Part shown: piece after piece, positions 34,693 through 47,005 of the stretch
How positions within the stretch are numbered: position 1 is the first letter of the stretch
Layout of the letters: the number at the start of each line of letters is the position of its first letter
Origin: Leucoraja erinacea
Taxonomy: Eukaryota
Reading direction: 5' to 3'
Assembly: GCF_028641065.1 (NCBI RefSeq)
Contig: NC_073410.1
Coordinates: forward strand, 558,001-622,000
DNA length: 64,000 nucleotides
Notes under the pieces: model-generated
Databases searched by the model: none
Told to the model about the DNA's origin: nothing
What the model saw: the letters and a program-made list of their open reading frames with translations, nothing else
Program-made: the position numbers and the translations under genes

Positions 34693-35999
34693 AGTCTTGC
34701 TCCTTAATTGTTTATGTTTGTTGAGCGATGGGGAATCATAAGGCACTTAAATAATGTGTGACTTTGGCTCTAAGAGTGTTCATTAGATGGGGGATACATT
34801 CGCACCAGGCTGGCTGAGAACCCCCAGCTGTGGGATTCTGCAGAAAGAAAGACTGGTGCTGGATCCCATCATTGGAACAATAGAATAGTCCTTGGATTGT
34901 GCTTTAACTAGCACTGCCTCATTGAAGATTGTGGTGGTGTCTCCTGATTAGACAGGGTGGAGGTAGAGTACCACTGAAGTGTTTTACATGCTCGAATCAA
35001 GTTTCTCTCTCGGTTGTTTCAACACTGACATTGTAGGGTAAATCACTCTTCTCCTGGAGAATGAACAGGGCCCACCTTTCACAGAAACACACATCGATGC
35101 CTGGGTCCATGTTTCAATGCTGAGCCCATTGCAGGAGAAACAACGTTGTTGTAAGTTGTTTGACCAGAGGTCACATCGTTACACGGCCTGGCCTGACTTC
35201 AGCAGCTAGTCTTGTTCTCACACAAGAACTGGAACTGTTCCTAAAGATTTTGTTTTAATTCGTACTTTCAAAAGGCAATTAAGCAGCAGACATGTCAATG
35301 GTTTATAATTATCTCCCATGATTACAGTTGCCATATTTATTTCACCAGCCTTTCATAGATCTTTACTCAAACTATTACCTTTGTTGAAAAGTTAATGTAT
35401 GTTGAAAGGAATGCAGAGAGGCATTAAGCTGTGCGATATTACATGGGGTACAATAGCTTTGAAACGTTAATTAAGTGGCGTCATAGTATTAAAGTCAATA
35501 ATCATACTGCACTAAAAACAATATGAGGCATTGGCCCTTCAAGTGTTTTTAAGATGGTTTTTGATGCGATAAACATTACGCAGCCAGATTTTATTAACAC
35601 GTATTAGAAGCAGCCGAAAAACAGATGCTTCTATTTATGTGAATTACCTGATAAGTGAAGCTAGCAATTGAAAACAATTCTCTCGTACTGCCCTGCCTTT
35701 CTTGGAGTTAGTCAAATGGATGTATAATTTGGTGACAGCAAGCCAGGTCTGGGTGGATATTCATCATTCCATGGTCCAAAGCACACAGCCACTCAGACCC
35801 TTCACCTCAGCGCCACTTCGGAGCCAAGGTTAGATTTGACAACGTTATTTCTTTCAGATGAACAAATACTGAAGTATTTAGTACATGGCTCTGAGTAGGA
35901 GATAACTCACAGGAGGTGATTGTTCGGGTCAGACAGAGAATTGTATGAATAATAAAATCTGCTCTTATAAAACAACCGGCTTTAGAAAAGATGCCATTT

Positions 36000-36665
36000 A
36001 GCTGGAAAAAAGTGTAGGAAAGATTTATGAGGATGTTGGCAGAAGTTGAGGACCTGAGCTACAGAGAAAGGTTGGGCGGGCTAGGACTTGTAGTGCAGGA
36101 GGATGAGGGGTGGTCAAACAGAGGTGTATATGATCACAAGGGCAATAGACAGGGTAAATGCACAGAATCTTTTTCCCAGGGTATTATTCACATATAATTG
36201 AGGCCAGTCACACATAGGACACATTGACAAAGAAAGCAAGTCACATGATACATAGAACCTAGACCAGGAGAGGAGGGGAACACAAATAACATTATGCCAA
36301 GACCAACTCTTGTCTACCTGCATTTGATCCACATCCCTCCATGCCCTGCATACCCATGTGCCGATATAAAACCCCCTTAAACACCACTATCATATCTGCC
36401 TCCACCACCAGCCCATGGCAGCGAGTTCTAGGCCCTCACCACCCTCTCTGTAAAACATTTGCCTCACACAACTTCTTTAAAGTGTGCCCCTCTCACTTAG
36501 AGCTAAGCCCTCTAATCTTTAATATTTACCCTGGGAAAAGGGATCTGAAAGTCTACTCTAAATAAGCCTCTCATAATTTTATATACAGGGTACCTCCATC
36601 AGGTCTCCAGAGAAACAATCCAAGCTTGTCCAAGCTCTCCCTATGGCTAATCCCCTCTGATCCAG
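36000..36665. mobile_element. CR1 fragments (plus ~36000-36180; minus ~36250-36665)
   Basis: gctggaaaaaagtgtaggaaagatttatgaggatgttg...gagctacagagaaaggttg; on the minus strand, degraded RT C-terminus and tail. Confidence 0.65.
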
Positions 36666-36704
36666 TTATACCGTTGTATTTCACATGTTCATCATTGTAC
36701 TTCC

Positions 36705-36905
36705 TGTTTAGTTTATTGTCACGTGTACCAAGGTACAGTGAAAAGCTTTTTTGTTGCGTGCTAACCAGTTAGCGGGAAGACTGTACATGATTATAATCCA
36801 GTCCTCCACAGTGTACAGATACAGGATAATGTGATTAACGTTTAGTGCAGTAAAGTCTGATGAAAGATAGTCTGAGAGTCTCCATCGAGGTAGCTGGGAG
36901 GTCAG
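36705..36905 (-). mobile_element. LINE 3' UTR (Rex1-like; related copies at 52770-52980, 40050-40210, 25105-25190, 23855-23915)
   Basis: tttagtttattgtcacgtgtaccaaggtacagtgaaaagctttt...gcgtgctaaccag recurs in several places. Confidence 0.6.
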
Positions 36906-36921
36906 GACATCACGATCCTGT

Positions 36922-37093
36922 GTACAGGAACAGGAACTGCAGATGGTTTAAACAAAAGTTAGATACAAAATGCTGAAGTAACTCAGTGGGTCTGAAGGTT
37001 CTGAAGAAGGGTCTCGAGCCGAAACGTCACCCATTCCTTCTCTCCAGAGATGCTGCCTGTCCCGCTGAGTCACTCCGCTTTTTGTGTCTATCC
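36922..37093. mobile_element. Palindromic Penelope-derived element with hammerhead core at 37001-37028 (plus)
   Basis: CTGAAGAagggtctcgagccGAAACGTC. Flanks tcacgatcctgt (36910-36921) and tcaggatcctgt (37094-37105) look like a TSD. Confidence 0.75.
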
Positions 37094-37483
37094 TCAGGAT
37101 CCTGTACAGGGTGACTAAGATATCTAGCACCATTCCACAGGCAGGCAAGGGGAGTGGTCAAACATCAAAAAATGCTGCCTGTCTGTGCATTAGTTTATCA
37201 CCTTCCCCACTCCAGGCTGAAGCGCATGTGCAGAGCATGCAGTTTGTTTCATCCGCAGTGCTAATACTCAGTATTTATTCCCTCGTCAAAGTGCATCTGG
37301 ATTTACAATTGTGACTAGTGGGCAATGTGCTGGCCATCCCGATCAATGCTTGGCATCCTGCATCCCATTCCATCGCCAATCATGCCTTTCATGTGAACAG
37401 GGCGGGACCGGTTTAATGCACTTGCTTAAATCCTGCGTTATTGCTCCCTGAGAACCCAACATAAAACAACATGCTTTGTACTT

Positions 37484-37794
37484 AGTCTGTGAAGTTCAGA
37501 TTGAAGAAGGGTCCCGACCCAAAACATCACCTATCCATGTTCTCCACAGATGCTGCCTGACCCGCTGAGTTACTCCAGCACTCTGTGAAACGTCACCTAT
37601 CCATGTTCTCCGCAGAGGCTGCCTGACCCGCTGAGTTACTCCAGCACTCTGTGAAACGTCACCTATCCATGTTCTCCACAGATGCTGCCTGACCCGCTGA
37701 GTTACTCCAGCACTCTGTGAAACGTCACCTATCCATGTTCTCCACAGATGCTGCCTGACCAGCTGAGTTACTCCAGCACTCTGTGTCTTTCTTT
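37484..37794 (+). mobile_element. Penelope-derived element: degenerate hammerhead + ~4 x 66-bp units, flanked by a 13-bp TSD
   Basis: ATGCTTTGTACTT at 37471-37483 and 37795-37807; units start at 37549, 37615, 37681 and 37747. Confidence 0.85.
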
Positions 37795-40477
37795 ATGCTT
37801 TGTACTTCACTTTGACTGCAGCGAGCCAACATTGATGCAAGGAGAGCGATATGGTCACTGTGGGATAACAAGACCAGAACTGCTGTGACGCTAAACACAA
37901 TGCTGTGAATGTTGGGCCCAGCAGATACATGGCAAGTTTAATCTGAGCCTGTCCTCCTGACCTGTGGCATCAGGATAGAAGAAGCAAGGTGAACATTTCC
38001 AGCAGTTTTGTAAACAGGCCGACTGCACTTTGATTTCCTCACTGCCCAATTATACACTTTACAATTCACAGGAAATCAAGGAAATGCTTTTAACTTAATT
38101 TTGCCCTTCATCTCTCAATGAAGCTTTCAGGGTCCTTATTAATTGGGAACAGATAACAGCTATCAAGTTGTTGAGATCTGCCCTGCTGTATCCAGTTGTT
38201 GCCCTGGTGAATCCCGCCACAGTCTTTAATAAAGGCAGACTATTTGATTAATTTTAACTTGCAGCAAAAATCAGATGCAGTATCCTGTCAAATGATTACA
38301 CAGAAGCCAGACGCCAGGTACAAGAGTTTAAGCAGGAGTTGTTTCTCAGAAATTAAAGGATCAGATGGCTGTCAGGATGTGTACAGGAAGCCAAGGTTAC
38401 TCTGACCTAACTCCTGCAGTTAATAAGACCATGAACTCTGTGACTGATTAAGACCTCACATTCTCCTCCACAGTCAACATCGCCAGGGTTTACTTGTCAT
38501 CTGTACCGGCAACAGACAATGCAATTATTACACTGCAGTTTCATAGGCTCATGAACACAATGACACACAAATAAACCTACAATAATTACTAATACAATAA
38601 TTAAATATCAGATGCTGACCCCCCCCCCCCCCCCCCCCCCATTGAAGGGATCTACAGGAGGCGCTGCTTGGCTTCCAAGACCCACAACACCCTGGCCACG
38701 CTCTCATCTTACTAGATCATTGGGGGGAAGGTACAGGAGCCAGTGCTCTTGAACTCTGTACAACATTAACCTCACAAACCCCCTGCCCCCCTAAATCATA
38801 TCACATTATCTTTCTCCTCACTGTTTCTCTCTCTATTAATGGGCAATATTAGCTGTGTGGGGTGGTAATGTTCAATGTAACCTGTGGATCACTCGAGAGT
38901 CTAAGGGGAGAGAGAGAGAGAATGGGATTGGGTGGGCAGTGTGGAGTGGATGACAGGCACATTGAGATGCTCATCTCAGCTCTGAAATGATTCATAAAAA
39001 TTAGTACTACATGAAATGGCAGAGGGTGGCACCAGCAATGGCAGCCTCGCCAACAGTCTGTCTGTCCCTTCCTTCCTTGTGTTTTAATAGTATGTGTTAA
39101 ATGTATGTTTTTAGTGTTCTTTAGCTTGTTTTATGCGGGTTGGGGGAAACTTTTTCTAATCGCTTACCTCGATGGAGATGCAATTTTCCCTGTACCTTAA
39201 TTAGTAAAAAACCTTTGAAACCTTTAAAACCTTTGAATTGGCAACAGTTAAAAGGGAATTTAAAGATCTTTGTTTCACAAAACAATAGTTTAGTAATTTT
39301 CCAATTAATTGCACAAATGCTGGCAAAGGCGTCTGATAGAAAGAGGCTGTTGGATAAGTGATTCTGATGCATGAGTTCAGATCCAACCACACAGCGTGGG
39401 ATTCAAAGTCAACAAATTAATTAATTAAATCTGGAGCAAACATCAAGTTTCTAGGGTGGTGCAGCAGTAGAGTTGCTGTCCACACTCTAGCTCAGCACTC
39501 TGCTACTGAACCCAGGCTCCCTGACATAGGCCATCACCGTGACCAGACTCAGTCAGAGCTGCGAGTGCAGTCATCGCAGCTGTCCAAAGATCCAAGAACT
39601 GGAAACCCAACACTGACAATTTATGAATGACCAAGGTTGAATTTGTCAACAGAGAAAAACGCCAATCGTGAGATTTCTTCCAAAACAACATCATCATTCG
39701 TAGCATTTGGTGTGGTTACTTCTTCTCTGAATCACGTCAATTGTTTCACAATAAATCTTGACTGGGAAATGCATTTAAATGGTTGCAGATAGACACTTTA
39801 CAACAGAACAATTAGTGGGTAGGGGCTCAGCCAGATGCGTTGGCAATGCGCTCATTGCTCCAAGCCAAGGCTCGGTTCCATACAGCCCATGAAGCAGAGA
39901 CTGATCTCTTGCTGTCAGATTGGAGGGACACACTATCTTCAGGGGAGTAATCACATGGGGAGTCTGGTTACTGAGACACACTGACTAGTAATTTGTATTA
40001 GTTTGTATCCGTTTAGTGTTCCGAGCTATCGTAAATTATCAACTCTTGTTGTGTTCCATCCAGTCAGCATAATACATGATTACAATCCAGCCATCCACAG
40101 TACACAGATACAGAATAAAGGGAATAATGCTTAGTGCAAGGTAAAGTCTAGGGAATTCTGATTGAAGATAGTCTGATGGCCCTCAATGAGGTGGGTGGTA
40201 GCTCAGGGCTGCTCTGTTGATGAGAGAATGGTTCAGATGTAGTCACCACTGCATTGATGGGGATGAGTGCAACAATTCAATGGCAGTAATCCATTCTCAA
40301 CCCTTCTCAATAGACACCTCAATACATGTGTCTAGTATAGAAGTGTTTAACCCCCAGCCTCCTGACTCTTGCAACACCAAACAATGGAGTTTCATGGTCC
40401 TAGGGATCAGATTACCAAGAGTTGTTTCCTTGGAGCTGATGAGACCTGGAGATCTCATCCCATCCCACCCCCAGAGA

Positions 40478-40800
40478 GACACAAGGAACTGCAGATGCTG
40501 CAATCTTGACCAAAGCACAAAGTGCTGGAGGAACTGAGTGAGTTGGGCAGGGACATGGACAGGTGACACCTCGGGTCACAGTGATGGAGTAAGGGGCAGG
40601 AAGCTGGAAAAGAGAGACGGGATGGGGCAAAGCTGAGCAAGTGATAGGTAGATACAGCTGAGGTGGTGGTGATTGATTGGCAGATGGGTGAAGTAAGTGA
40701 TAAAGGCTCGAGGTGAAAAGACAAAAGGGCATCAGATAAGGAAATGTACAATGAAATGTAACGCCGGAGTGAAGGATGTGGGTGGAAATGACAGCAAGGA
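40478..40800 (-). mobile_element. Probable Penelope-like element 3' region (terminal unit plus adjacent pyrimidine-rich UTR)
   Basis: Terminal-repeat family sequence at 40478-40575 is contiguous with ctgtatctacctatcacttgctcagctttgccccatccc on the minus strand. Confidence 0.45.
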
Positions 40801-40994
40801 GGGGGAGGAGGAGATGTAGGAATGTTGAATGGGTGTACGGAATAGTTTAGAGGGAGGGTGACTGGGGTGGTGGGAGATGGGGGGAAATAAGGGTGCGTAC
40901 AGGGATGGGAGTGGGGTTGGTTGGAAAGAGACAGTGGTGGTATTTTAGTTCCACCAGGTGATGCAGGTTTGGCGGGTAATGCAGGAGCTCTGCT

Positions 40995-41210
40995 GGGGCA
41001 GAGAGACCAGGTGGACCAGGTGTAGCACAGAGACCAGGTGAACCAGGTAGACCAGGTGGAGCAGGGAGACCAGGTGTAGCACAGAGACCAGGTGGACCAG
41101 GTAGACCAGGTGGAGCGGACAGACCAGGTAGGGCAGAGACCAGGTGGACCAGGTGTAGCACAGAGACCAGGTGAACCAGGTAGACCAGGTGGAGCGGACA
41201 GACCAGGCTA
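40995..41210 (+). repeat. GACCAGGT(G/A)-based minisatellite
   Basis: About 15 ACCAGG units with short spacers. Confidence 0.9.
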
Positions 41211-42074
41211 GTGATGCAGGGTTCCCGGGCAACCCATGACCCCTGGTGAAGCGGAGAGACACAGCAGCCGTTCCCTCGGTCCCAAAGGTCATCAACATTG
41301 AATTGCTAAAGACAGTCCTCACCACGGGGCCAACCACACTACTGTCTACACCGTGTGATTATGGGCTTGTCAGAAACAAGTAAATGACCAAATATAAAAA
41401 CAGCGGTTGGCAATAGCTACTGTTTCCCTGTTGTTCGAGATGTAAATACATCTTTCTGCAGTAGGAACAAACTCTTAGATCAGTTCCAGATTAATCTTAA
41501 ACTGTTTCTTGAGAAACGGGATTGTTTAAAACAGGACAAATTACTCCCATTCGAGTCCTTTCAGCAAATATATTGTGCACCCAAACAGGATGAGTTGTTT
41601 GCACTATAGACTGCGGGGATATGAGTGGGAGCTTTCTCCTGTGAAGTTCATGGCGAGTGTCCCTGTGTGGGGGTGAGGATATAAGTCACTCACACGTGTG
41701 TGAAAACCAAAACACATGCTGCTACTTGGACACACGGGGAACTGCAGATGCTGGTTTGCAAAACAAGTAACAAAGTGCTGGAGTAACTCGGCATGTCAGG
41801 CAGCATCTGTGGAGAACACGGACAGGTGATGCTTCTTCAGAATGATTGCAGTACGGGGGAGATAGTGGGGGGGGTGGAGGTGGAGTCCGGGGCAAAGCCT
41901 GCTAGTGATCTGTGTGGAGATGGGTGGGCGTGTTTGCCGGACGGGTGGGCGTGGGCCAGAGAAGGGAAGGGTCAAGTTTGGCTTTATTACTGTCACGTGT
42001 ACAAGGGTACAGTAAAAGCTTTGTTTTTCATGCTATAAAAACAGATCAGATATACCACACATTGATACAATCAA

Positions 42075-42250
42075 AGATAGACACAAAAAGCTGGAGCAAC
42101 TCAGCAGGACAGGCAGCATCCCTGGAGAGAAGGAAGGGTGACGTTTCGTGTCGAGACTCTTAAGAAGGGCCTCCAGTGATGCTGCCTGTCCCTCTGAGTT
42201 ACTCCAACTTTTAGTGTCCATCTTCGGTTTAAACCAGCACCTTCCTACAT
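42075..42250. mobile_element. Palindromic Penelope-derived element nested in a Rex1-like 3' UTR
   Basis: gatagacacaaaaagctggagcaactcag... / ...gatgctgcctgtccctctgagttactccaacttttagtgtccatc. Confidence 0.7.
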
Positions 42251-42254
42251 AGAT

Positions 42255-42545
42255 ATAATTAAGTCAAACTCCAGTACAACAGGTAGAGCAAAGAGGAATA
42301 TGCAGAGTACAGAATATAGTTCTCAGCATTGTAGCGCACCAGTTCCAGAGTCCAATGTCCACAATGGGGTAGAGGTGAATCGGACAGTACCCTAGTCCAT
42401 GGAAGGACCGTTCAGAAGCTTGATAACAGAGGGGGAGCAGCTGCTCCTGGGTCTGGTGGTGCGCGCTTTCAAGCTTCTTCCCGACAGGAGCAGAGAGAAG
42501 AAATGACCGGGGTGGGATAAGTCTTTGATTATGTTGAATGTATTT
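42255..42545 (-). mobile_element. Rex1/Babar-like LINE 3' end
   Basis: NIIKDLSHPGHFFSLLLSGRSLKARTTRPRSSCSPSVIKLLN. Confidence 0.8.
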
Positions 42546-42559
42546 CCAAAACATATTTG

Positions 42560-43140
42560 TTTGCGTGTGCATGTGTGTGTGCATGTACCTGCACGTNNNN
42601 NNNNNNNNNNNNNNNNNNNNNNNNNNNNNNNNNNNNNNNNNNNNNNNNNNNNNNNNNNNNNNNNNNNNNNNNNNNNNNNNNNNNNNNNNNNNNNNNNNNN
42701 NNNNNNNNNNNNNNNNNNNNNNNNNNNNNNNNNNNNNNNNNNNNNNNNNNNNNNNNNNNNNNNNNNNNNNNNNNGCATGTACCTGTGTGTGTGCATGTAC
42801 CTGCGCGTGTGTNNNNNNNNNNNNNNNNNNNNNNNNNNNNNNNNNNNNNNNNNNNNNNNNNNNNNNNNNNNNNNNNNNNNNNNNNNNNNNNNNNNNNNNN
42901 NNNNNNNNNNNNNNNNNNNNNNNNNNNNNNNNNNNNNNNNNNNNNNNNNNNNNNNNNNNNNNNNNNNNNNNNNNCTGCGCGTGTGTGCATGTGCCTGTGT
43001 GTGTGTGCATGTACCTGTGTGTGTGTGCATGTACCTGCGCGTGTGTGCATGTATGTGTGTGTGTGCATGTACCTGTGCGTGTGTGCATGTATGTGTGCGT
43101 GTCTGTGCATGCATGTGTCCATCTGTCTGCACATGTACGT
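42560..43140 (+). repeat. (TG)n/GCATGTACCT microsatellite with two assembly gaps (42597-42774, 42813-42974)
   Basis: Read directly. Confidence 0.95.
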
Positions 43141-43919
43141 CCCAGTATTTTAAAGCAGCAGTTCGCATTGGTCTGCAGCAGCAGCAGCATTAGCAGCATT
43201 TTAACAAGAGTAATGTTCACCAATCCATCTTCTTCCAGGCTTGCTTGTTGGGTTTAATGTGAACCAGAGCCGCAGAATGTTACAACTGATGTGTGCTGAC
43301 TTCCTGGATTGAGTGAGCATGTGTTGGTTATGCCTACTGCCCTCTGCTGTATTGGAATTCACAGCTGTTTGACTGTGTGTGAAGATCAAAGGCTGGCTCT
43401 GCCTGATACCTGGATCGCTGTTGCATGGAGCGGCTCACTTGCTTCTCAACGCTTGCTAACTCCTCCCTGGAACTGTGTCCAAACTGTGCGACTCCGATTA
43501 GTCGATACCTGCATGACCCGCTGAGCCCTGGCTCTAATACAAGGTAATGCACGCACTGCATTAACGAGAGATGCTAGCAGCTGATGTGGGAAGGATGGCG
43601 TATTCTAGTGCTGACTGAGGTCTAGTAACTCTGAGCACAGAACGTGAGCCTGACTGATTAAACATGCCATCAACAGTCACCTGGCAAACCTCAATGCTTC
43701 CTGTCTCCGGTTCATCATCCCATAGTACTGGGCCACAGTTGTTACACAGAGTGTGGTGAGTGTCTGGAATGCGCTGCCGGAGGTGGAACTGGAGACAGAT
43801 ACGACAGCGGTGTTGAAGAGACATTTGGACAAGCGCATGGTTATGCAGGGAATGGTGGGATATGGGTTATGTTTCAGATACACTGCAGACATTAACTTGA
43901 GACCCAGTCGAAGCTGAGT

Positions 43920-44510
43920 GGAGCTGAAGAAAGGTCTCAACCCGAAACGTCACTTCTCCATGTTCTCCACAGATGCTGCCTGACCCGCTGAGTTATGGTG
44001 CAGCAGCATCTATGGAGCTAAGGAAATAGGCAACGTTTCGGGCCGAAACCCTTCTGGAAATAGGCAACGTTTCGGGCCGAAACCCGGAAGGGTTTCGGCC
44101 CGAAACGTTGCCTATTTCCTTAGCTCCATAGATGCTGCCTGACCCTCTGAGTTACTCCAGCACTCTGTGAAACGTCACCTATCCATGTTCTCCACAGATG
44201 CTGCCTGACCCGCTGAGTTACTCCAGCACTCTGTGAAACGTCACCTATCCATGTTCTCCACAGATGCTGCCTGACCCACTGAGTTACTCCAGCACTCTGT
44301 GAAACGTCACCTATCCATGTTCTCCACAGATGCTGCCTGACCCGCTGAGTTACTCCAGCATCTTGTGGACAATGTGGCTTGTTATGTTGGCCCATCAGTC
44401 TCTCTGAGATAGACAGAAGTGCTGGAGAAACTCAGCGGGTGCAGCAGCATCTATGGAGCGAAGGAAGGAAATTGGCAACGTTTCGGGCCGAAACCCTTCT
44501 TCAGACTAGG
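43920..44510. mobile_element. Composite of subfamily A and B hammerhead elements: palindromic B core (~44000-44138), 66-bp array (44131-44360), intact minus-strand hammerhead (44477-44504)
   Basis: gcagcatctatggagctaaggaaataggcaacgtttcgggccgaaaccc...gggtttcggcccgaaacgttgcctatttccttagctccatagatgctgc; the same architecture recurs at 58245-58590. Confidence 0.85.
44477..44504 (-). ncRNA. Minimal type-I hammerhead ribozyme motif (intact core, subfamily B)
   Basis: CUGAAGA-A-GGGU(UUCG)GCCC-GAAA-CGUU. Confidence 0.65.
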
Positions 44511-44998
44511 GCGGGGAGAAGAAGAGGAGGAGCCAGTGGGCTGAGTCTCTCTGAAGATATGACCATGCACTGAAGCACATCACAAATGTAATGAAGACAA
44601 ATGCTTATATAACATCAAGCATCCGCTCTCTCCTGCTAAAGCCCAGAATTACCAATACTTTAAAACTGCACAAAGCTCGTTGCCATGTCTCAGCAGATTA
44701 CTGAACATCTGTAAGTTCACATTCCTTAACACCTGTCAGCAATGGAAAGCATTACCCGACTGTTTGAACGAGCCCTTCAAAGGAAGCATTGAGTTCTCCC
44801 CCGAGATACACTTGGCTGCGATCCATTTTATTTTTGCCGTACATTGGCGCATCTAAGCGGCCTTGTGTAGAGAGGTGAGGCCTTGTTCCCAGCTGGCTTG
44901 TAAGCAAAGATCATAGAGCGGAGCAAGCTCCCTTCATTGTTTTAAACAACTCAATCTCCCTATTTTCACAAGACGTGGCCCAGCTTTACACCGTAACT

Positions 44999-45166
44999 GG
45001 AGACACGGAAACTGCAGATGCTGAAACCTTGATCAAGTACAAAGTACTGGAGGAACTCAGCGGGTCAGGCGGCATCTGGAGAAGGATCTGACCCGCAATG
45101 TCGTCTGTTCATTCACTCCACAAATGCCGGCTGACCAGCTGAGATTCTCCAACACATTGTGGTTCC
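44999..45166. mobile_element. Older palindromic Penelope-derived element with probable 12-bp TSD
   Basis: TACACCGTAACT 44987-44998 and TACACAGTAACT 45167-45178. Confidence 0.65.
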
Positions 45167-45399
45167 TACACAGTAACTAACTAGCTCCCTTGCTGTGGAT
45201 ATTACTGAGTTGTAGAGGTTTGCAAGTGTAAATTAAGGCAGTCTGTTTTAAATGATGACGTTAATTGCGTGGATGCAGATGAGTTACACTTACAGCATAA
45301 CGGAATGTCCTAATGGCTCAGTGGTCCTTCATTGTCACATGTACCGAGTTACAGTGATATTCAGTTCAGCACACTGTTCTGTAACAAACTAACTGCACA

Positions 45400-45750
45400 T
45401 GTGTAGGGGAAGGAACTCGGAGATACTGGTTTAAACCGAAGATAGAGACAAAAAGCTGGAGTAACTCAGCGGGTCAGGCAGCATCTCTGGAGGGAAGAAA
45501 TAGGTGATTTTCCGGGTCGAGACCCTTCTTGGATCTGAATTGTCACCTATCCATGTTCTCCACAGATGCTGCCTGACCCGCGGACTCCAGCACTCTGTGA
45601 AACGTCACCTATCCATGTTCTCCACAGATGCTGCCTGACCCGCGGAGTTACTCCAGCACTCTGTGAAACGTCACCTATCCATGTTCTCCACAGATGCTGC
45701 CTGACCCGCTGAGTTACTCCACATATGCTGCTGGACCCGCTGAGTTACTC
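45400..45750. mobile_element. Penelope-derived unit (minus) followed by an inverted 66-bp tandem array
   Basis: gtgtaggggaaggaact...gggtcgagacccttctt, then gtcacctatccatgttctccacagatgctgcctgaccc x3. Confidence 0.8.
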
Positions 45751-46471
45751 TATCGCTTTGTCTCCCCTCTCAGATCAGATTCAGTGCTTTGCTGTGCGTT
45801 GCCCCTGCTCACTCCATCAACAGTCAGTTGACTGGTGCTGGGGGGCATGGGATTCTGCATTCATAGCGGGTGAAGTCAATAGCCAGATCCAATTGTCCTT
45901 TCATGGACACTGCATAGTATGTACATTAGTGTTGCCACTGGCTTTGTTTTCATTAACTGTATTATCAGATAATTATCCCCCTTCAAAGTCACTGATGTCC
46001 ACATTTGTAAAGGTCTGCACACACATTCCTGAAGGTCCCTTAAATATAATCAGCTCTACGCTTTGATAGTCTGCTGATTCCAATTACATCATTCATTTAT
46101 CATCTGCTAATGGTTATCTTTATGGCATCAGCCATCTGGTTTCTTTTTACCACTTTATTAGAATTATTGTAAACATTTTCTTCTTACTGATTGGGATTGG
46201 GTTTGAAAATGCCATAAATTAGAGAGGAACCGCTCACAATGTTTCTACATCCGCTTGCAGCTGGCTCTGCCGCCTGTAACCTGCTGACTAAAACATTCTG
46301 TGCAGCTTCTTAAATGCCCCAGAGACACTGAGTCACATCAGCACGTTGTGTGTGAACATTGGTGCCCACCACATGCCCCCTAACAGGGCATAAACCTTTG
46401 CCCCCGTTACAACCTCATCCTTAAGCAGCTGGGCATCATGTGACACAGTGCACAACATGTTTGTCGTGGGG

Positions 46472-46715
46472 GTAGACACAAGGAACTGTAGATGCTGGGA
46501 CACACAGTAACTCAGCGGGTCAGTGCATCTGTGGAGTGGATAGGTGACAGCGGGTAACAGGGGTCAGCAGCATCTGTGGAGAACATGGATAGGTGACGTG
46601 TAACTCAGGGGTCAGGCAGCATCTGTGGAGAACATGGATAGGTGACGTTTCACAGAGTGCTGGAGTAACTCAGTGGGTCAGGCAGCATCTGGGAGAACAT
46701 GGATAGGTGACTTTC
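46472..46715 (-). mobile_element. Degenerate 66-bp-type array
   Basis: taactcagcgggtcag...gcatctgtggagaacatggataggtgac repeated with deletions. Confidence 0.75.
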
Positions 46716-47005
46716 AGAGTGGGGAGGTTTGGGGATTTGTGATTGGACTGTAGGCAGGGCTCACTTTAATAACTCATATGAACTGTGAAGAGAAAGTGAG
46801 TCGCGGTGGGTGACAGAGCAGGGAGGGAGGAGAATGGTGGCTTCACTAACTCAGTGCTGCCTCTGACTCCCTTTCCGCAGCAGGGAGTTTTATGTGTCAC
46901 AAGATGGACAACAAAGCTCTCATTTAGTGGGAAAGTATTAAACATTACATGTCAGTCAGTTTTGTGCCTCTGTGACAAAGTGTGAATAATGTTCATGGAA
47001 GTTAT

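Noticed and set aside
40847-41337. Collagen-like PPGLPG ORF
   Set aside because: Derived from the GACCAGGT minisatellite; Gly-X-Y register is broken and there is no gene context.
42560-43140. TGCATG (Rbfox) motif cluster
   Set aside because: By-product of a TG microsatellite with no evidence of transcription; also gap-ridden.
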